In this document: positions 60,230-64,000 of the stretch, one piece after another
Layout: every line of letters begins with the position of its first letter
Position numbering within the stretch: position 1 is the first letter of the stretch
Origin: an uncultured delta proteobacterium
GTDB lineage: Bacteria > Myxococcota_A > Polyangia > Polyangiales > Polyangiaceae
Reading direction: 5' to 3'
Assembly: GCA_963806225.1 (NCBI GenBank)
Contig: CAWDXG010000001.1
Span: forward strand, 1,280,001-1,344,000
DNA length: 64,000 bases
The notes under the pieces: model-generated
Told to the model about the DNA's origin: nothing
Database searches by the model: none
Seen by the model: only the letters and a program-made list of their open reading frames with translations
Position numbers and translations under genes: made by a program

Positions 60230-61588
60230 ATGTCCCGTCGACTTCTGGCTCTGGCGACTCTGCTCGCGTTTGCGGGCGGGTGCTCGCACCCCGACGCCTC
60301 GCAGGGCAGCGACACGAGCGCCACGCCGGATCTGCAGTCCGCGGCGCCTCCCAAGGCGTCGGTCGCGCCGCGCGCGAAGAAGCCCCAGGGGCCGGTCCCG
60401 AAGCGCCCGTACAACGTGGTGCTGATCATGATCGACGCCTTGCGGGCGGATATGCCGTGGAACGGCTACAAGCGGCAGATCGCGCCCTGGCTGACGGCGT
60501 TCGAGAAGCAGTGCACCGACTACACGCACGCCTACTCGCTGTCGAGCTACACGGCGAAGTCCGTCGCGCCCGCTCTGGTCGGCGAGTACCCGAGCGCGAT
60601 GAAGCACGACGGCTACTTCTTCACGCACTGGATGAAGGACAACCTGTTCATCGGCGAGCGGCTGGAAAAGGCGGGCATGCGCACGCTGGCCGGTCAGGGG
60701 CACGGCTACTTCCTGCCCGCTTTCGGGCTGAACCAGGGCTTCGAGGACTACCGCCTGTTGCCGGGTACCCACCTCGACCTGACCGGCGTGCACAACATCA
60801 CCAGCCCCGACCTGAACAAGCTCGCCAAGACGATGCTCTCGGATCCCGAGAACGTGGATCAGAAGAACGGCAAGCGCTTCTTCGCCTACTTCCACTTCCT
60901 CGATCCTCACTTCGTCTACATCAAGCACCCGGAGGATCCGGACTACGGCAACAAGCGCCGCGACCTGTACGACAACGAGGTGCACTTCACGGACCGCTGG
61001 GTCGGCAACTTGATCGACTGGGCGAAGAAGAAGCCCTGGGGCAAGAACACCGTCTTCATCATCACCGCCGACCACGGCGAGGGCTTCGGCGTGCACAACC
61101 AGTACCGCCACGCCTACGAGCTGTGGGAGATGCTGGTGCGCGTCCCGTGGTTCATCTGCGTGCCCGGCGTTCCGGGCCATCGCGTGGCCACGCCGCGCAG
61201 CGCCCTCGATCTGGCGCCGACCATCGCCGATCTGATGGGCGTGAAGGCCGACCCGCCCTTCCGCGGCAAGAGCCTGGTGCCCGAGGTGTTCGGCAAGCCC
61301 GAGCCGCCGCGTCCGGTGATCGTGGATCTGCCGCGTTGCAACCTGATGGACCGACGTCGTGGACTCATCTGGAAGGGCTACAAGCTGCTCGCCTTCGGCG
61401 ACGACACCCGCTACCTGCTCTACGACCTCGACAAGGATCCGACCGAGCAGCACGACCTGGTCAAGAAGGAGCCGGCGAAGTTCGAGGAGATGAAGAAGCT
61501 CTACCAGAAGATTTCCGCGACGATCCCGAAGGTTCCGGTCGTGGGCGGCGCACCGCTCAAGGGCGCACCGCCGGGACAACGCTGGTAG
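60230..61588 (+). CDS. Sulfatase-like (alkaline phosphatase superfamily) lipoprotein
   Basis: Lipobox AGGC, NVVLIMIDALRAD, DPH, TADHGEGF, LYDLDKDPTE. Confidence 0.88.
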   Translation: MSRRLLALATLLAFAGGCSHPDASQGSDTSATPDLQSAAPPKASVAPRAKKPQGPVPKRPYNVVLIMIDALRADMPWNGYKRQIAPWLTAFEKQCTDYTHAYSLSSYTAKSVAPALVGEYPSAMKHDGYFFTHWMKDNLFIGERLEKAGMRTLAGQGHGYFLPAFGLNQGFEDYRLLPGTHLDLTGVHNITSPDLNKLAKTMLSDPENVDQKNGKRFFAYFHFLDPHFVYIKHPEDPDYGNKRRDLYDNEVHFTDRWVGNLIDWAKKKPWGKNTVFIITADHGEGFGVHNQYRHAYELWEMLVRVPWFICVPGVPGHRVATPRSALDLAPTIADLMGVKADPPFRGKSLVPEVFGKPEPPRPVIVDLPRCNLMDRRRGLIWKGYKLLAFGDDTRYLLYDLDKDPTEQHDLVKKEPAKFEEMKKLYQKISATIPKVPVVGGAPLKGAPPGQRW

Positions 61589-61622
61589 TCACGGCGCACG
61601 GCGCCGTCGCGCCGGACGGCGC

Positions 61623-63401
61623 TCAGGGAAGACCGGCGAGGTCCGGGCCGGCGGGGTACTCGTAGCTGGTGTACTTGCCGTATCCGGTCACCTGCACCGA
61701 GAACGGCGCCGAGCCAGTCAACATGTGCAGTGCACCCGGTGTGGAGGTGAGGGGAATGTGCAGCGACGAATAGCTCGAAGTGCCGATCTGCGTTGGCGAT
61801 GCGGCGACCGTCGAGCCGTCGAGGGAAATGGCCGTGCCGGAAGGCGCCACGACGTCGAGGAAGGTCGAGTCGTAGTCGGCGGCTGCAACGATCGCGTAGC
61901 TCTTGCGGTACTGCGCCACGGGCACGACGAAGGTCTGCGATGGGTCGCCTTCTGCGCTGCCCGCAGGCGCACTGGGGTCGAGGATCGCGCCGCCGGGCAG
62001 GATGGTCGCTACGCCGAAAGGCTGGTTGCCACGAACCTCGAACTCCTGGGTGGTCATGCCCAGCCCCACGACCTGCCCGGCGGAGAGCGTGGTGGGTGCG
62101 CCCGTCGGTGGTGTGCCGGATGGGTAGGTGAGCGACGTGTTGTCGACGTGGCCGTACAGTCGCACCAGGTGCCCTGCGGTAGTGCCGTGAGGACCAGATG
62201 GGACGTTGACGACGTAGTCGCGGCCCCAGGCGCGCGCCGGCAGCACGCTCTCCTCCAGGTGATCGCATGCCTGGATTCCGGTCGGAGCCTCCGCGCAGCT
62301 GATGCCGGAGATGACCTGGAGCGGCTTGTCCGAGCTTATCAGCGTGCCACTTGTGTCCGACGTGTCGGAGGAAGCCAGCGAGACCACATCGCCGGCGTTC
62401 ATCGACAGCTGCACGGTGCCGCCCGCGGTCGCCGCCGGCACGCCGCCGCCCGCCACCACGTCTGCTGTCGACGAGAGCTGGACCGTGACGTGCGTGGCGT
62501 CCGCGGTGGCGGTGATCGAAACATACGGTCCAATCTTGGCCACGGACCAACCGGGGACTCCGGTGACGCGATAGGTCTTGCCGAGTGAAGCCGAAGGCAG
62601 AAGCAGCGATGCATCGTTCGAGAACGAGAAGCAACCGATGGGCGCCGCCGTGCTGCTGCAGGTCTGCGTCCCGGGGCACTTGGACCAGTCCTTGCCTGAT
62701 GGGCCCCCAGCGCCCTGGTACTCGTAGGCGTTGAACTGGTAGACGGCGACCGGTGCGGTGCTGACGAGCTTGTAGGCGCCGCCGTCGACGCGCACGGTGG
62801 GGCCGCTCGCGCCTGCTGTGCCGCACTGGTCCGAGTCGGTTCCCTTCAGCTGCGGGACCCAGGGCAGATACACGGTTGCGATCTGGCCCGCGGGGATCTG
62901 CTGCGTGGCGAGAGTCGTGCTGCCGCGCGTGACCGTCACCGTCGCGCTCGTGGTGCCAGGATTCGCGACCCGCACAGCGAAGTCGAACACCGACCACACC
63001 AGGTTCTGGGTGACCGTGGGCCAGAACTCGCAACCGTACGGTCCGTGTGCTGCCGCTGCCGTCGCGCAGGTATCTGCGGCGCTGCCCGCGCTGCCGCCGG
63101 CGCCGCTGCTGCCCGCCGCGCCGGCCGTGCCGCCGCTGCCGGCGGCTCCACCAGCGCCGCCGTTGCTGCAGTTGCACGGCGCATAGCCCGAGCCGTCGCC
63201 CTTGCACACCTGGAAGCCGTTGCAGCCCTTGGGGCCCGCGCAGGCGCTCGATTGTCCGGGCACGCACACTGTCGACGCGTCACCGCCGTTCGACCCGCCG
63301 CTGCCCGAGAGGTCGGTATTCTTCGAGCCACCACAAGCGCCTGCCAAGCCGAGTGCAGCCGCGACCGCGAACACCAGGGCTGTGCCCCCTGACCCTCTCA
63401 T
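61623..63401 (-). CDS. IgGFc-binding-protein N-terminal-domain lipoprotein
   Basis: Lipobox AGAC, GCEFWPT, VYQFNA, SNDASLLLP, DHLEE, GDPSQ, TSYEYPAG. Confidence 0.85.
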   Translation of the reverse strand: MRGSGGTALVFAVAAALGLAGACGGSKNTDLSGSGGSNGGDASTVCVPGQSSACAGPKGCNGFQVCKGDGSGYAPCNCSNGGAGGAAGSGGTAGAAGSSGAGGSAGSAADTCATAAAAHGPYGCEFWPTVTQNLVWSVFDFAVRVANPGTTSATVTVTRGSTTLATQQIPAGQIATVYLPWVPQLKGTDSDQCGTAGASGPTVRVDGGAYKLVSTAPVAVYQFNAYEYQGAGGPSGKDWSKCPGTQTCSSTAAPIGCFSFSNDASLLLPSASLGKTYRVTGVPGWSVAKIGPYVSITATADATHVTVQLSSTADVVAGGGVPAATAGGTVQLSMNAGDVVSLASSDTSDTSGTLISSDKPLQVISGISCAEAPTGIQACDHLEESVLPARAWGRDYVVNVPSGPHGTTAGHLVRLYGHVDNTSLTYPSGTPPTGAPTTLSAGQVVGLGMTTQEFEVRGNQPFGVATILPGGAILDPSAPAGSAEGDPSQTFVVPVAQYRKSYAIVAAADYDSTFLDVVAPSGTAISLDGSTVAASPTQIGTSSYSSLHIPLTSTPGALHMLTGSAPFSVQVTGYGKYTSYEYPAGPDLAGLP

Positions 63402-63448
63402 GGGGAAGCATGATAGCCGACATCCCTGCCGGTGGCATCTCGAGGCGC

Positions 63449-64000
63449 TCACTTGTTGTTGCGAATCGCCTTGGCGGTGGCCTTGGCGGCCTTTTCGCGA
63501 TCCAGGGCGCTCGTGCGCTGCTTTTCCTTCAGCCGGCGCGCCGCGGCGCCATAGCGTTGCGCGAGCTTCGTCCAGTAGCCGGCGTCGGCCTTGGCGGGGG
63601 CGACGAGTTGGAGGACGTACGCGGCGTCGAACTCGGCCATCCCGGACAGCGGGCTCTTCGAGTGGGCGAGCCGATCGAGCGCTGCCACGTCGCCGACGCC
63701 TCCGGGTAGAAACGGTCCATTGAGCATCATCTCCACCGCGTCGCGGGGGCCGCCCTGGAGCGCCTGGGCGAGCGCGGCGATCAGCCGCGGCTCGTTGTCC
63801 GCGGGGGCAGTAGCCGCCGCGGCGATCGACGCGGCGCGGGCGAAGTCTTTCGAGCGCCAGTACGTCTGGCCGAGCTCCACCAGGAAGCGCGCGTAGAGCT
63901 GGCGTGCCGGTGCGTCCGCTTTCGCTCCGTCCACCCGCTTCTGCGCGGTCGGCGGCACACCGCGCTCGAGCAGCGCGCGCAGCAACGCGGGATCGCTCGC
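63449..64000 (-). CDS. Hypothetical helical protein, 3' part only
   Basis: Open frame running in from the window edge to the stop at 63449; Ala-rich, TPR-like helices. Confidence 0.6.
   Translation of the reverse strand, partial: ASDPALLRALLERGVPPTAQKRVDGAKADAPARQLYARFLVELGQTYWRSKDFARAASIAAAATAPADNEPRLIAALAQALQGGPRDAVEMMLNGPFLPGGVGDVAALDRLAHSKSPLSGMAEFDAAYVLQLVAPAKADAGYWTKLAQRYGAAARRLKEKQRTSALDREKAAKATAKAIRNNK

Noticed and set aside
15418..61588. FGE protein as maturase for the sulfatase
   Set aside because: The FGE-domain protein lacks catalytic cysteines, the sulfatase-like protein lacks the CxPxR target, and they are 44 kb apart

Overview
GC-rich chromosomal segment from a myxobacterium. 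A Polyangiaceae/Sorangiineae-type organism is inferred from a MYXO-CTERM protein, a TIGR04563 small protein, several Cys-rich repeat lipoproteins and a TPR/PEGA-type partner. About 50 genes. Housekeeping and metabolic: glpA/glpB, acnA, recN, trpB2-type, acyl-CoA synthetase, desaturase, yceI, orphan fused E1. Envelope and signalling: gspC, S41 protease, HtrA, ECF sigma/anti-sigma, three histidine-kinase genes, Ser/Thr kinase, FHA protein. Transporters: ClC, NhaP-type, ferritin-VIT1. The selenocysteine machinery is dispersed (selA, selB, tRNA-Sec), with no selD or selenoprotein seen. About ten genes are broken by small indels, mostly +1 base, which look like long-read consensus errors rather than pseudogenes. 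Most interesting: (1) a LarA-family nickel-pincer racemase/epimerase next to a single-chain LeuD-LeuC aconitase-family enzyme; (2) a TPR/PEGA-type putative outer-membrane protein coupled to a Cys-rich repeat lipoprotein; (3) a recurring TAnnnT box 7-9 nt before start codons, suggesting widespread leaderless mRNAs, including a duplicated promoter in front of two tandem Cys-rich paralogs; (4) a variant tRNA-Sec and SelB; (5) an AT-rich 20-bp hairpin and a heptamer-repeat element in intergenic DNA. No CRISPR array, IS, prophage or rRNA was found. All calls come from reading motifs; no database searches were run.
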